From assembly GCA_963676835.2 (NCBI GenBank), contig CAXXFF010000002.1, positions 1,088,001 through 1,152,000 of the forward strand: a stretch of DNA of 64,000 nucleotides, in the 5' to 3' direction. Every line of letters begins with the position of its first letter. Position 1 is the first letter of the stretch. The notes below the pieces were generated by a model. That model was not told where the DNA came from. It was given only the letters and a program-made list of their open reading frames with translations, and ran no database searches. This DNA comes from Marispirochaeta sp. (lineage in GTDB: Bacteria; Spirochaetota; Spirochaetia; JC444; Marispirochaetaceae). Shown piece by piece: positions 27,709 to 37,409 of this stretch. The position numbers were made by a program, and so were the translations under genes.

Positions 27709-29109
27709 TTAATGCAGGGTTACCTGCAGACCAGCGACGAGGTCGGTGGCAGGGTACTCTTCAGGATTGGACCAGTCGATGGTATCCGGTGTGGATGGAG
27801 TGACGGCATGCTGGGTAATGTAGCCCAGTTCGCTTTGCAGGTTTCCGATATTAACATTCATCCCGGGAATTTTATTTTCGCCGAGGTCATAGCTGTTAGT
27901 ATACTCATCGGGAGTCCAGCCGATGCAGTTTGATGGAAATGTACTTCCACTACTGCTGGTTAGGTCAATATCTGCTATCTTGTACAGCAGTGCTGGTTGA
28001 TTACGGGAATCACTGGTGAACCAGTCATTTTCATCAAAGGAGTGGTCAATTTCAAAATAGACATCAAAAACTTCCGGAGAACCATCAAGGTATATATCGA
28101 TGGCAAAGTCTCCGGTTTTTTGGGTTGCTCCACTTACGGCATCAATCTCGTCAATATCCTGTACAGTACTGCCCCGTCTGTTTGTTTCCCAGAATGGCAG
28201 GAGCGTTCCGGTCAGATCCTGGGTATTGACGTGATTACAGATATATATGTTGCTGAAAAAGTCTGAACCGTCCTCCATCCAAACCGTATAAATTTTGTCG
28301 CCGTGTATGGATCCTGTTTCGCCGTCTGTAGCACCACGTTCGCCCCACTCGGTGCCATCGGTAAAGTTTATGGTTATTTTTGGCGCAGTTGAAAGGTCAA
28401 GCTCTACTATATTTGAGTAGCTTGAATATCCTGCTGAATTATTGGCACGCACACGATAGTAGTAGTGGCTGTCTCCACTGATTGTGTTGTCTGTATCTGT
28501 ATAGCTTGTTTCACCTGCAGCGGTGGTAAAGGTTGTTACAGTTGTGCTGAAATCGGCAAACTCAGAACGTTGAATAAAAAATCCTTCTTCATTGTTTGAA
28601 TTATCGGTCCATGAGAAATGAATGAATGGGTTCAATAGTGCTGTGGTTGTTCCTGAAGTTTCAGCTGAACCCCATGCAATTACCGAGGTTAGGACAGGAT
28701 CTGAAGGGGCGGCAGGCAGTACTGATGGATCGGCAGAAAGGTCGATCTCTGCGCTTGCCGAATAATCAGATGCACCGGTGCTGTTAGATGCATATACCCT
28801 TACATAATAGGTTGCATTCGAATTGAGCCCTGTAAGATCAAGACTTACTTCATTTTCTGCAGTACTAGTGGTTGAAGAGGGACTGAATGTGCTGCTGAGA
28901 CTGTATTCAATTATAAATTCATCTTCGCAGTAGGAATTATCTGTCCATACAACCCTACAGCTGGTATCTGAAAGACGGGTAGCAGTAACTCCGGAAGGAG
29001 CCTCCGGGGCTGTCGTGGGAGTGGTTGCCGCATCAGGAGATTCACAGGCGCTTATAATGAGCAGAATTAGAGATACGGTACAGAGAGCTTTTGTCAGATT
29101 CTTCAACAT
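27709..29109 (-). CDS. Lipoprotein with two fibronectin type III domains and a C-terminal DUF2271-like domain
   Basis: Lipobox ISAC; two WTDNS..E..F..YYxRV.A.N..G.S.YS FN3 units; VWMED..LPFW..DAVSGAT. Confidence 0.8.
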   Translation of the reverse strand: MLKNLTKALCTVSLILLIISACESPDAATTPTTAPEAPSGVTATRLSDTSCRVVWTDNSYCEDEFIIEYSLSSTFSPSSTTSTAENEVSLDLTGLNSNATYYVRVYASNSTGASDYSASAEIDLSADPSVLPAAPSDPVLTSVIAWGSAETSGTTTALLNPFIHFSWTDNSNNEEGFFIQRSEFADFSTTVTTFTTAAGETSYTDTDNTISGDSHYYYRVRANNSAGYSSYSNIVELDLSTAPKITINFTDGTEWGERGATDGETGSIHGDKIYTVWMEDGSDFFSNIYICNHVNTQDLTGTLLPFWETNRRGSTVQDIDEIDAVSGATQKTGDFAIDIYLDGSPEVFDVYFEIDHSFDENDWFTSDSRNQPALLYKIADIDLTSSSGSTFPSNCIGWTPDEYTNSYDLGENKIPGMNVNIGNLQSELGYITQHAVTPSTPDTIDWSNPEEYPATDLVAGLQVTLH

Positions 29110-29232
29110 TGCTTTAATCCTGTTTTAATAACTGTTGATCCGGTGATCCTGCCGGGCAATCGAAGGTCATTCTATGATAAGCAGAGTAAAAATTCCATTA
29201 GGGAACTTCGATTCCGTACGGAAACATGATAT

Positions 29233-29381
29233 GGGCAGCTCTAAAAACTACTCTTTTCTCCATATCCTGCGTCGTCAAGATTTCCCGCGGTCCTCAACTC
29301 TTGTTGCAATAAGAGTTTGCGGGCGCTACAAAATCTATCCTCCTTGCCTATGGCAAAAATACCACGTTTTTAGAGCTGCCC
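29233..29381. mobile_element. 149-bp MITE-like element
   Basis: Perfect 16-bp TIRs GGGCAGCTCTAAAAAC / GTTTTTAGAGCTGCCC, internal hairpin 29296-29317, no transposase. Confidence 0.75.
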
Positions 29382-29382
29382 T

Positions 29383-29688
29383 TTACTTTATGACCCTGCC
29401 AATAGAGAATCTCGTACCGATATTTTTCTGCAGAAAGCTGAGCAGATTCTGGTTGATGCCGTTCTCCCAACCGAATCCGGCTCCCCTGGGAGAGAGAAAC
29501 AGCACTGATCCTTTAACTGCCCAGTACATGCCCCATTCGGTAGTGGTGGGGTGAGAACTGTGGAGCCCCCCGAACCAGTAGTATCCTCCTCTCAGCCATG
29601 CAACCCGGCCGTAACTGTCAAAGTCTCCGGCAGATTTGAAGTCTGAAACATCCGGCAGACGTGTTGAAATATCAAGAGTGTTAATCAT
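29383..29688 (-). CDS. Small hypothetical protein (Trp/Gly-rich)
   Basis: 101 aa with strong RBS AAGGAGG. Confidence 0.55.
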   Translation of the reverse strand: MINTLDISTRLPDVSDFKSAGDFDSYGRVAWLRGGYYWFGGLHSSHPTTTEWGMYWAVKGSVLFLSPRGAGFGWENGINQNLLSFLQKNIGTRFSIGRVIK

Positions 29689-29776
29689 GCAGTTATCCTC
29701 CTTGACTATGGTAGAAACACCAGTTTTAAGAGGTGCTCTTTATCTATTAACGCAGCCTGACGGAAAAATCAGGCAC

Positions 29777-29818
29777 AAAAAACCGGGGGAAAAGAGCTCT
29801 TTACGCTCTTTTGACCGG
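29777..29818 (-). terminator. Terminator-like hairpin upstream of the small ORF
   Basis: CCGG..AAAAGAGC/GCTCTTTT..CCGG followed by T6 on the minus strand. Confidence 0.45.
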
Positions 29819-29906
29819 AGGACCGGCAAACACCGGAGAACAGGTCGCTAAGAAATTTTTTTGATTTTTTATTTTTTTTTACTACACTGGAATTCAGGGT
29901 GAAGAT

Positions 29907-31769
29907 ATGAAAATTTCGTTTCTCTGGAAGATATTCTTTATAGTCGCATTCTCTTATATCGTACTGTTCGGAATAACCGTTTTTACCATGCATTTTACTA
30001 CCAATATGGTGAGCGATCTGATACAAACCAGAAACTATGAGTCCATGATGAAAGAGCGGAAGGCCTCAATTAAAAGCCAGGCTGAAATCATGCAGTCAAT
30101 TCTGAACGGGTTCCTTGCTGAAGGCACTGCCGGGATGGATCGGGAAGCTAAAATGTTTATGGTCCGCAAACTGATACGTGACGGCAGTTTTGGGGATAAC
30201 GGTTATTTTTTCGCATACAGTTATGACGGGCTTCGCCTTTCCTACCGTCCGGCTCCGGAAACCGAACTGGAAACCAATTTGTATGATGTTCAGGATGAGC
30301 AGGGAAGTTACCTGGTCCGGGATATGATCGAGGCCGCAAAAAGGGGCGGTGACTTTACCACTTACTACTGGAATAATCCGCTGAGCAATCAGGTGGAACC
30401 GAAGGTGGGCTACTATTTTCCCATTAGCTTTGACGGGTATCAGCTGTTTGTCGGTGTTGGAGAATATGTATATGCAATCCAGGCGCAGAACGAGCAGTTT
30501 GTAAAAACTTTGACAGGCAAAATGGCCAGTCTGTGGATAGGGCAGATTCTTATGTTCGGCCTGTTTTTTATACTGGCACTGTTGGTTCTCTATTTTGTTT
30601 TGCGCAGGTTTGTCCGCCCGCTGCGCAATATGGCGGATATTTTCACCAGAATAGCAACCGGGGAAGCTGATCTGGCCGCAAAGATTAACCTGCGCTCTCG
30701 GGATGAAATCGGCACAGTTGCTGCCAGATTTAACGATTTTATCGGGAATATGCGCAAGATAGTGCTGGAAACCCGGCAGATTGTGGAGAGTACTATGCAG
30801 ATAGAGGACTCTCTGAGTAGCACCACCGGGAACACCAGCAGGTCCGTGGAAAGTATTGTCCAGAATATTGAAAGAGTCCGGGTTCAGCTTAACAGCTTGA
30901 ATGAGATCGTCGCTGGTTCGGCTACAGCTGTGGAGCAGATTCATGCAAATGTTACAACCTTTGATAATCAGATCGAAAACCAGGCCGCCATGGTTGAGGA
31001 ATCAACTGCTGCCATCAACGAAATGATCGCATCCCTTGCCAGTGTGGACAGCATTACCCGCACCAAACGGGAATCCATTTCTCATCTGTCAAAGACCATG
31101 ACCGACGGCCGCAACCAGCTGGAGAATACAAAGAGTGATTTCGCCAAGGTTGTGGCAACCATGGACGAGATCAACGAAATGGCCACAATAATAGGATCCA
31201 TTGCGGATCAGACCAATATGCTCTCAATGAACGCTGCCATTGAAGCAGCTCATGCCGGAGAGTCTGGAAAGGGATTTGCAGTTGTGGCAGAAGAGATCCG
31301 CAAGCTGGCAGAGAATGCCGGAGACTCCTCTACAAGAATTGCCAATCTGGTAAAGCAGGTTGCGGAAGGTGTTTCTGCCACGGGGCAGAATGTGCAGGAT
31401 GTTGATCAGATTTTTTCTCGTATAAACGACGAGATTGACTCCACGGTAAATGCCTTTCAGGAGATTGAGTATTCCATTTCCGAGCTGAATACCGGGGGCA
31501 GTCAGGTTCTTGAGGCTTCGCAGGAGATCAATAACGCGACAATTCAGATTCGTGACGGCTCCGGCGAAATACGTTCCGGCGTGCAGACCATGATGGAGTC
31601 CGCCGAGGGGGTTCGAACAGTCTCCGGTGAAGTTGCGGATGATATGGGTAAGATTAACAGCGAGTCCGAGGATATCAGGCATGCGGTGCAGGGGATTGTG
31701 GACATTACTACTGAGCTTGCCAAAATTGTTGATGTGCTGAATGCGGAGTTCGGGAAGTTTAAGGTTTAG
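29907..31769 (+). CDS. Methyl-accepting chemotaxis protein (Cache sensor, HAMP, MCP signal)
   Basis: TM-Cache (GYFFAY, G.Y..YYW.NP..K)-TM-HAMP (DEIG)[17 protein letters not shown]. Confidence 0.95.
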   Translation: MKISFLWKIFFIVAFSYIVLFGITVFTMHFTTNMVSDLIQTRNYESMMKERKASIKSQAEIMQSILNGFLAEGTAGMDREAKMFMVRKLIRDGSFGDNGYFFAYSYDGLRLSYRPAPETELETNLYDVQDEQGSYLVRDMIEAAKRGGDFTTYYWNNPLSNQVEPKVGYYFPISFDGYQLFVGVGEYVYAIQAQNEQFVKTLTGKMASLWIGQILMFGLFFILALLVLYFVLRRFVRPLRNMADIFTRIATGEADLAAKINLRSRDEIGTVAARFNDFIGNMRKIVLETRQIVESTMQIEDSLSSTTGNTSRSVESIVQNIERVRVQLNSLNEIVAGSATAVEQIHANVTTFDNQIENQAAMVEESTAAINEMIASLASVDSITRTKRESISHLSKTMTDGRNQLENTKSDFAKVVATMDEINEMATIIGSIADQTNMLSMNAAIEAAHAGESGKGFAVVAEEIRKLAENAGDSSTRIANLVKQVAEGVSATGQNVQDVDQIFSRINDEIDSTVNAFQEIEYSISELNTGGSQVLEASQEINNATIQIRDGSGEIRSGVQTMMESAEGVRTVSGEVADDMGKINSESEDIRHAVQGIVDITTELAKIVDVLNAEFGKFKV

Positions 31770-31778
31770 AGGTTTCCA

Positions 31779-32444
31779 TCAGGTTCCACTCTGTATTATC
31801 CCGATGCTCTGGGCGTAACGTACCAGTTCCGCGTTATTGTCCAGGGCAAGTTTTTTTAAAATGGATGACTTGTAATTTTCTACAGTGCGGTGGCTGATAA
31901 ACAGCGATGAGGCGATGGTTCGGTTTGAGTGTCCTTCTGCCAGCAGGCGGAAAACTTCCTGCTCCCGGTGGCTTAAGGAATCGTAGTCGTCGTGCCGGGT
32001 TTCGATAATATTAGCCGGTCTGCAGATGTATTCCGGCATCAGCAGTTCTGTAATATGGCGGTCAAAAAAATATTCTCCCCTGTTGATCAGCTCCAATCCC
32101 GCAATCAGTACTTCCGGTGAGGATTGTTTGGTGAAGTATCCGCTTGCACCCTGTTGCAGGGCCTGCTGGAAATAGTCGAGCCGGGCAAACATGGAGTGAA
32201 CAGCAACCTTGCTGCGGGGGGATATTGTTTTCAGCTGGGGCAGCAGATCCAGTCCTGATTCTTCGCCCAGGGATATATCCAGAAGGCAGATGTCGGGCTG
32301 ATGGTGCTCCATGAGGCCTGATGCTTTTTCTGTACTCCCCGTTTCTGCAACCACAATAAACCGGTTGCTGGCTCTGAGAATGGATTTGATTCCCTCCCGT
32401 ACCGCACTGTGGTCTTCAATTATAAGGACGCTGACTCTTTCCAT
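31779..32444 (-). CDS. NarL/LuxR family response regulator
   Basis: IEDH, LLDISL, LSHREQEV..LAEG.SN..IA..L.IS.RTV. Confidence 0.93.
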   Translation of the reverse strand: MERVSVLIIEDHSAVREGIKSILRASNRFIVVAETGSTEKASGLMEHHQPDICLLDISLGEESGLDLLPQLKTISPRSKVAVHSMFARLDYFQQALQQGASGYFTKQSSPEVLIAGLELINRGEYFFDRHITELLMPEYICRPANIIETRHDDYDSLSHREQEVFRLLAEGHSNRTIASSLFISHRTVENYKSSILKKLALDNNAELVRYAQSIGIIQSGT

Positions 32445-32448
32445 TTTA

Positions 32449-33615
32449 TTATTCCTTTATGTAATCCTGAATACTCAGTAAGAATTCTACTGTTGTTCCC
32501 CTGCCCTGTTTGCTGCTGATGGAAATATGGCCTCCGAGAATGGCTGCCCTTTCCTGCATTCCCCTGAGTCCCATGCCGCGTCCAGTACTCTCTTTCTCCT
32601 TTTCTGTATCAAAACCGGTGCCATTGTCACGTATGCTGATTTTCAGGTGAGGAAAGGAGAGCAGGATGCGAAGTTCCACAGCCGATGCCCGTGCGTGTTT
32701 ACGGATATTCTGCAGAGCTTCCTGAACAATTCTGTATAGATGAATCCTCAGGTCATAGGGAAGTTCCATGTTGCGGATGCCTGTCTCGGAGTAGTCAGCT
32801 TTCCAGCCTGCCTCTCCTGCAAGATCCGAGAGGAGACTTTGAATCCCCTTGCCAAGGGGCAGTGATGCTGCTTTTCCCGGACGGATATCATAGCTGAGCC
32901 TTCGTATTTTTTCGATGGCGGAATCCAGATGAGTTTCCCTGTTCTGGCGGTTCTCCTCCATGCGCAGGAGATAAAGCTTCTGGGCAATATCATCATGAAG
33001 ATCCAGGGCAATTGAGTGCATCCGTTTCTCATAGTCACTGATCAGATATCGGGAAAGCTGGTGCGCCCGTTTTTCTGCAACCAGAAGCTGCCTGTTGCGG
33101 CGGGAGTAGGTAAAAACAAAAAATACGCTGGTAAAAAGAAGGGCTGATATAAACAGATTGAGGTTCTGAAAATAGCGGGACTGCTGAATAATAAAAGAGT
33201 TGAACTCCGCCGCAAGTTGATTAAGGTTTTCGGTAAGTGTCCGGGCACTATCTCGTGGATAGGGTATTTCATCCAACTTGAGAGAATACCAGGTTTCAAT
33301 CTGCTGCCTGGATTCCTGAATACTGTGTAGAGTATCTGCTGTATTATTGTTCCAGAGACTCAAAAGGGTGACGATCCGTATATTTCCCAGTTCTTTAATT
33401 GCTTCGTTTGTCTTCATTATCTGCCTGCGGAAATCGGAAGAGTCCTCTCCGGCAAAGATATAGAGCGCTTGCTCTTCACTCCAGGCAATCTGGCTGTTGA
33501 GCACTGCATTCTGGGATCGGTTAATGGAAAGTCGGGATTCGTTCAGGTTCCATGCGATGAAAAGCAGTGCTCCTATTGAGAAAGTAATGCCCAGTGACTT
33601 TAAGATAGTCTGCAC
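32449..33615 (-). CDS. HisKA_3 (NarX/DegS-type) sensor histidine kinase
   Basis: Two TMs; IALDLHDDIAQ, QEALQNIRKHA, DNGTGF, GMGL.GM.ER. Confidence 0.92.
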   Translation of the reverse strand: MQTILKSLGITFSIGALLFIAWNLNESRLSINRSQNAVLNSQIAWSEEQALYIFAGEDSSDFRRQIMKTNEAIKELGNIRIVTLLSLWNNNTADTLHSIQESRQQIETWYSLKLDEIPYPRDSARTLTENLNQLAAEFNSFIIQQSRYFQNLNLFISALLFTSVFFVFTYSRRNRQLLVAEKRAHQLSRYLISDYEKRMHSIALDLHDDIAQKLYLLRMEENRQNRETHLDSAIEKIRRLSYDIRPGKAASLPLGKGIQSLLSDLAGEAGWKADYSETGIRNMELPYDLRIHLYRIVQEALQNIRKHARASAVELRILLSFPHLKISIRDNGTGFDTEKEKESTGRGMGLRGMQERAAILGGHISISSKQGRGTTVEFLLSIQDYIKE

Positions 33616-33672
33616 AATTTTCGATCCATATACTATAGTGGTACCGTTACTTTAATAGCTCAGGGGTGGAGT

Positions 33673-34290
33673 GTGCAAGACAAAATAATCCGGAATACCT
33701 GGCTGAACCGGCTGCGGAATTATATTCTTTCCAGCAGATACCTTCCTTTCCTGGTAATCATACCGGCCGCTTTTTTCAATGTCATGCTGCAGCGCCTCAA
33801 CGTGGGACTTTCCCTGCCCTTTTTCCTGGACTCTATTTTTACTGCCATAACTGCTGCCCTGTTCGGTATTTTCCCCGGTGTGGCTACCGGGATTATTACC
33901 AATCTATTTATGGAGATTGACCTCGATTTCGGGGGCCTTTACTGGCAGTGGGGGCTCTGTAATGCCGCTACCGGATTCATCGTAGGTGTTGCCGCGAAAA
34001 AAGGGTATTTTTCCAGCTTCACCTATTTTCTGATTACCGCCGCCGCCGTAACCCTGGCAAACTCCCTTCTCGGGGCTGTTATTGCTGTTTATGTTTTCGG
34101 CGGAGTAACCGGTTCCCCTGTGGATTTTATAGTCATGGGCCTTGCTGCCGCCGGAAGGGATATCTTCTCCAGCGCATTCCTTGCCCGGCTGATTACCAAC
34201 CTTGTGGATAAATCCATTGCCGTGGGTATTGCTTTCGGGGTGTACCGCTGGGTTCGGGGTGGTTTTTACCAGGCTCAACCACTATTTTAA
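33673..34290 (+). CDS. ECF transporter S-component-like membrane protein
   Basis: LPFFLDSIFT, G..PG..TG..TN, NLVDK; about 6 TMs. Confidence 0.7.
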   Translation: MQDKIIRNTWLNRLRNYILSSRYLPFLVIIPAAFFNVMLQRLNVGLSLPFFLDSIFTAITAALFGIFPGVATGIITNLFMEIDLDFGGLYWQWGLCNAATGFIVGVAAKKGYFSSFTYFLITAAAVTLANSLLGAVIAVYVFGGVTGSPVDFIVMGLAAAGRDIFSSAFLARLITNLVDKSIAVGIAFGVYRWVRGGFYQAQPLF

Positions 34291-34335
34291 AAAGGTGGAT
34301 TTTTAAGTTGCACTGATTTTTCTTCGCAATAATGA

Positions 34336-34740
34336 TTAAATTTCCCAGTTTTCAACACGGAGTCCGGGGATACCGGAAAAGTCCTTATGATTCAGGGTAG
34401 CCAGAATGCATCCCTGGCTCAGTGCGGTAGCGGCGATGCAGAGGTCGATTACCGGACGGGTTCTGCCTGACCGGATGGAATCCGCCTGTATTTCAGCAAA
34501 AATCTGTGCTTCGGGAAGAGAGAAGTCCAGAATAGGGATGCGGTCTTTCAGTATAAGTTCATACTTTGACTTAAGACGCTTACTGTCTACTATCTGTATT
34601 CCCTGCAGCACTTCCATCTCGCAGAAAACTGAAATACAACAGGCGGTATCACCTGTGTTTTTCCATTTTTCAATAACACTGTCCAGGGGCCTGCGTTTGA
34701 GTGGCTGGCTGTAGACCGATGTATCAAGCAGATATTTCAT
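34336..34740 (-). CDS. vapC: VapC/PIN toxin
   Basis: YLLDTSV, E, IDLCIAATA, TLNHKDF..IPGLRVENW. Confidence 0.92.
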   Translation of the reverse strand: MKYLLDTSVYSQPLKRRPLDSVIEKWKNTGDTACCISVFCEMEVLQGIQIVDSKRLKSKYELILKDRIPILDFSLPEAQIFAEIQADSIRSGRTRPVIDLCIAATALSQGCILATLNHKDFSGIPGLRVENWEI

Positions 34741-35003
34741 GTGTCTGATTCATCAAACGGATTAAGGTAAGGGTTTTGTGTTCTTTCGGGGAGCTGTATT
34801 TCTTCGCAATCTTCTTGTGAGGCGGTGTATGTTTCCCAGGCCTCCCAGACTTCTGATGCGGGTATGTTTTCCTGTTGAACAGGCACAATTCGAACCAGCG
34901 GTTTGCCTTTCCTGGTAACCATTACGGTTTCGCCATTGCGGGCAACATCATCACAGATTTTTGAGAGACGGGTTTTTGCTTCGAAAATACCTATTTGTCT
35001 CAT
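34737..35003 (-). CDS. Phd/YefM antitoxin
   Basis: IFEAKTRLS..GETVMVTRKGKP.VRIVP; ATGA overlap with the toxin. Confidence 0.92.
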   Translation of the reverse strand: MRQIGIFEAKTRLSKICDDVARNGETVMVTRKGKPLVRIVPVQQENIPASEVWEAWETYTASQEDCEEIQLPERTQNPYLNPFDESDT

Positions 35004-35120
35004 ATGTTAAAGTTACTGGTTGGCTGGTCTGTTGTCAATGGTTTCGTCAGGGGAATATGGAGCAGGAGAAGGACGTTTTTGGGTCTATTCGCTGTTTTAA
35101 TTATTGAAAAAAAGCCCTGC

Positions 35121-35516
35121 TTACGGGCCGGTAATGCTGCGGGTTATGTCGGGAAAAGCCTTCAGCAATTTGCGGTCTGCAGTATAGAGCGGTACTCCAA
35201 GTCCTGCGGCGGTATCCACAAACTCGCAGTCATAGGCAGAACAGCCGCTTTCCGCTGATAGTCTCAAAACATTGCCTGGTACCGGCTGAAACTCTCTTCC
35301 CTTCACTAATTGAGCAGCTTTATTAAAGATGTCGATTGTCTCGTCCGTTGTGAGAATACCTTTTCGTACATACAGGGTAAGCACATTTCTGAACTCACTC
35401 TGCCAGAGCATAGGGGCCGCCCATTCACTATCCTGCAAATAAAGAGTTTCAACTGCTGTGCTGAATGGAGATGACAAAAACAGATAGGAGATAACATTTG
35501 TATCGACAACAATCAT
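35121..35516 (-). CDS. vapC: VapC/PIN toxin
   Basis: IVVDTNV, SEFRN, SAYDCEF, TADRKL. Confidence 0.92.
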   Translation of the reverse strand: MIVVDTNVISYLFLSSPFSTAVETLYLQDSEWAAPMLWQSEFRNVLTLYVRKGILTTDETIDIFNKAAQLVKGREFQPVPGNVLRLSAESGCSAYDCEFVDTAAGLGVPLYTADRKLLKAFPDITRSITGP

Positions 35517-35755
35517 TTGCGGCCGCTGTTTTTAGCTTCGTTCAGCAGTTCTTCTGTAAGGGGTAATTCGGCTGTTCGTGCCCGGTAGGATCGGGCAGTC
35601 TCCAGTACTGTTTCCCGGTTTGTCTGACTATGTCCGATTCCTTTTTCTATATAATAGATAATCTGACTGTTCAGGCTGCGGTGGTCTTTTTCTGCGGACT
35701 GTTTCAGAGCTGTGTAGATGGGATCGGGGATGTTTTTCAGGGTGATGTTTGCCAT
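35513..35755 (-). CDS. FitA/Arc-like ribbon-helix-helix antitoxin
   Basis: MANITLKNIPD..Y..LK..A...HRSLNSQI; ATGA overlap with the toxin. Confidence 0.88.
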   Translation of the reverse strand: MANITLKNIPDPIYTALKQSAEKDHRSLNSQIIYYIEKGIGHSQTNRETVLETARSYRARTAELPLTEELLNEAKNSGRK

Positions 35756-35861
35756 ATTTGGCTCCTATAATTTTGACATTGGAACCTATATGGTGTAATT
35801 ATGGTTCCCCTTGTGTTTGCTGTCAAGTAATTCGGTAAATCCGGCGTGTTAGCCATGGCGC

Positions 35862-35900
35862 TTGTGAGAATCTCACAGTCAAATTGTGAGGTTCTCCTAT
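35862..35900 (+). repeat. 39-bp direct repeat, copy 1 (palindromic upstream block)
   Basis: TTGTGAGAATCTCACAGTCAAATTGTGAGGTTCTCCTAT. Confidence 0.9.
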
Positions 35901-35956
35901 GTTTTTTAAACATGAAATAACCAAAAATAAAATGAAATGCTTTATTTGGAGGTTGT

Positions 35957-37042
35957 ATGAAGAGAATACTACTGTTTTTTGCAGTTGCAGTACTGGTTTT
36001 GTCCGGGTTTTCCTGTGCCGGCGGCGGTGCCGGGGGAGGAGATACCAGTACAGATCTCTGGAGTGATGCGGGAACCACAGATTCCAGTATTAGTCTGAGT
36101 AACGAAGATTTGAATCTTTCGGCGTCTGTATCATCGATTCTGTCCGGTTTTGCTCAGGATATCGGCAGTTCCGATGACCGGGTTTACTTCAGAAGTTCTG
36201 ATGTAGAGTTCTGGTCTATCTCCGGGATTGACGATTTGGACACGATCTGTTCTCAGAAATATAAAGTCGGGAATTCTGCTCCGGGAGAAGGGTCTTTGGA
36301 ATATGACCTTGGTGATCTTCAGGAGTCTGTTGTTTTTCGGCCTTATTCACGGGTTGCTACTCAACTTGGAGCCGGGTTGAATGAAGACTGGGATACGAAT
36401 GTTGCCAGCTATAAAAGTGACGGAAACACTAATATCAATCTTGCGAGACTTGATATTGGGGATGGAACTATATCGTTTATTATTAATGGTGAGCGTACCG
36501 GGGTCTCTCACAGCGATGGTTCCGGCTCTTCCTGGATATATACTCCTGAAGAAATTGAGGCACTGTGGAATGACGGTGACAATGGTGGCCAATACACCTA
36601 TGAAGAATATCAATACTACCTGGAGCTGGCTGAAAATTACAGTGGTATAGATGCTAACAGTATTTTCTTTGTGGATGAGCAGTTTCTTTCGGAGCCATTT
36701 CTTGCGGAACGTGAAATTCAATACGACATTGTTGACGGGACTTTAACAGCATCCGATTTCTCAATAGCCACAGATGAGTTCAATTTTATTAAACGTCTTT
36801 TTTCAAACAGCAATGAGGCACAGGACGAAGTAACAGAGTCAACGATTGATGTAGATGGTGCTCTGCTGGTTCCCACGACTCCGGTTGATATCAGTGGTTT
36901 TGATCCTTCATCGGAGGCTTTGAAAATTGTAATTTCATGGAAAATGGCCAGTGCTGTTCGTGGAAGCAGTGATGGTTACCGCATGGATGACCGGATTGGC
37001 GGGACTTGTCTGGATTTTGATGTTGAACTTGTGATTGAGTAA
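35957..37042 (+). CDS. Acidic hypothetical lipoprotein
   Basis: RBS GGAGG; signal peptide ending GFSC followed by a Gly-rich tether. Confidence 0.8.
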   Translation: MKRILLFFAVAVLVLSGFSCAGGGAGGGDTSTDLWSDAGTTDSSISLSNEDLNLSASVSSILSGFAQDIGSSDDRVYFRSSDVEFWSISGIDDLDTICSQKYKVGNSAPGEGSLEYDLGDLQESVVFRPYSRVATQLGAGLNEDWDTNVASYKSDGNTNINLARLDIGDGTISFIINGERTGVSHSDGSGSSWIYTPEEIEALWNDGDNGGQYTYEEYQYYLELAENYSGIDANSIFFVDEQFLSEPFLAEREIQYDIVDGTLTASDFSIATDEFNFIKRLFSNSNEAQDEVTESTIDVDGALLVPTTPVDISGFDPSSEALKIVISWKMASAVRGSSDGYRMDDRIGGTCLDFDVELVIE

Positions 37043-37132
37043 CTGTCTTTTCTGTCTGGCATCTTTGCTTCAGACAGCATTTTTTAAGCAGTTGGCGGAG
37101 TCGTGTAGCTACAAAGCAAATTCCCTTATGTC

Positions 37133-37248
37133 TGCGGTGGTTGAGCGTAGTCGAAACCACCTGTTTCGCTGCGGGGATGCGGTTTCGACTTCGCTCAACC
37201 ACCTGTTTCGCTGCGGGGATGCGGTTTTGGCTCCGCTCAACCACCGCA
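37133..37248. repeat. REP/BIME-like composite palindromic element
   Basis: 15-bp terminal IRs TGCGGTGGTTGAGCG/CGCTCAACCACCGCA; internal 42-bp tandem duplication; unit GGTTGAGCG.AGTCGAAACC in both orientations. Confidence 0.85.
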
Positions 37249-37308
37249 TTTATCAGGTGAGTGTTGTCAGTCGTCCTCACTCCACTAAGGTTCTGTCTGT
37301 CTTTGTTT

Positions 37309-37347
37309 TTGTGAGAATCTCACAGTCAAATTGTGAGATTCTCCTAT
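37309..37347 (+). repeat. 39-bp direct repeat, copy 2
   Basis: TTGTGAGAATCTCACAGTCAAATTGTGAGATTCTCCTAT, 38/39 identical to copy 1. Confidence 0.9.
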
Positions 37348-37409
37348 ATCTCTACCCCTGTCTTTTCGCGAAAATAGAAGCAAATGGTTCGATTATCCGG
37401 AGTTCGTCT

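Noticed and set aside
29820..29855. c-di-GMP-I riboswitch upstream of the MCP (GGCAAAC...CGCTAAG)
   Set aside because: Lacks the GNRA-capped stem, the GACGCAAAG junction and the following stem; an Rfam scan would be decisive
37155..37245. CRISPR array
   Set aside because: Only two 42-bp units with identical spacers and no cas genes; it is a REP-like duplication
37035..37409. N-terminal 125 aa of the tracked 368-aa ORF, and antisense ORF 36891-37280
   Set aside because: They translate through the REP element and the 39-bp repeat; ATG 37410 has an RBS
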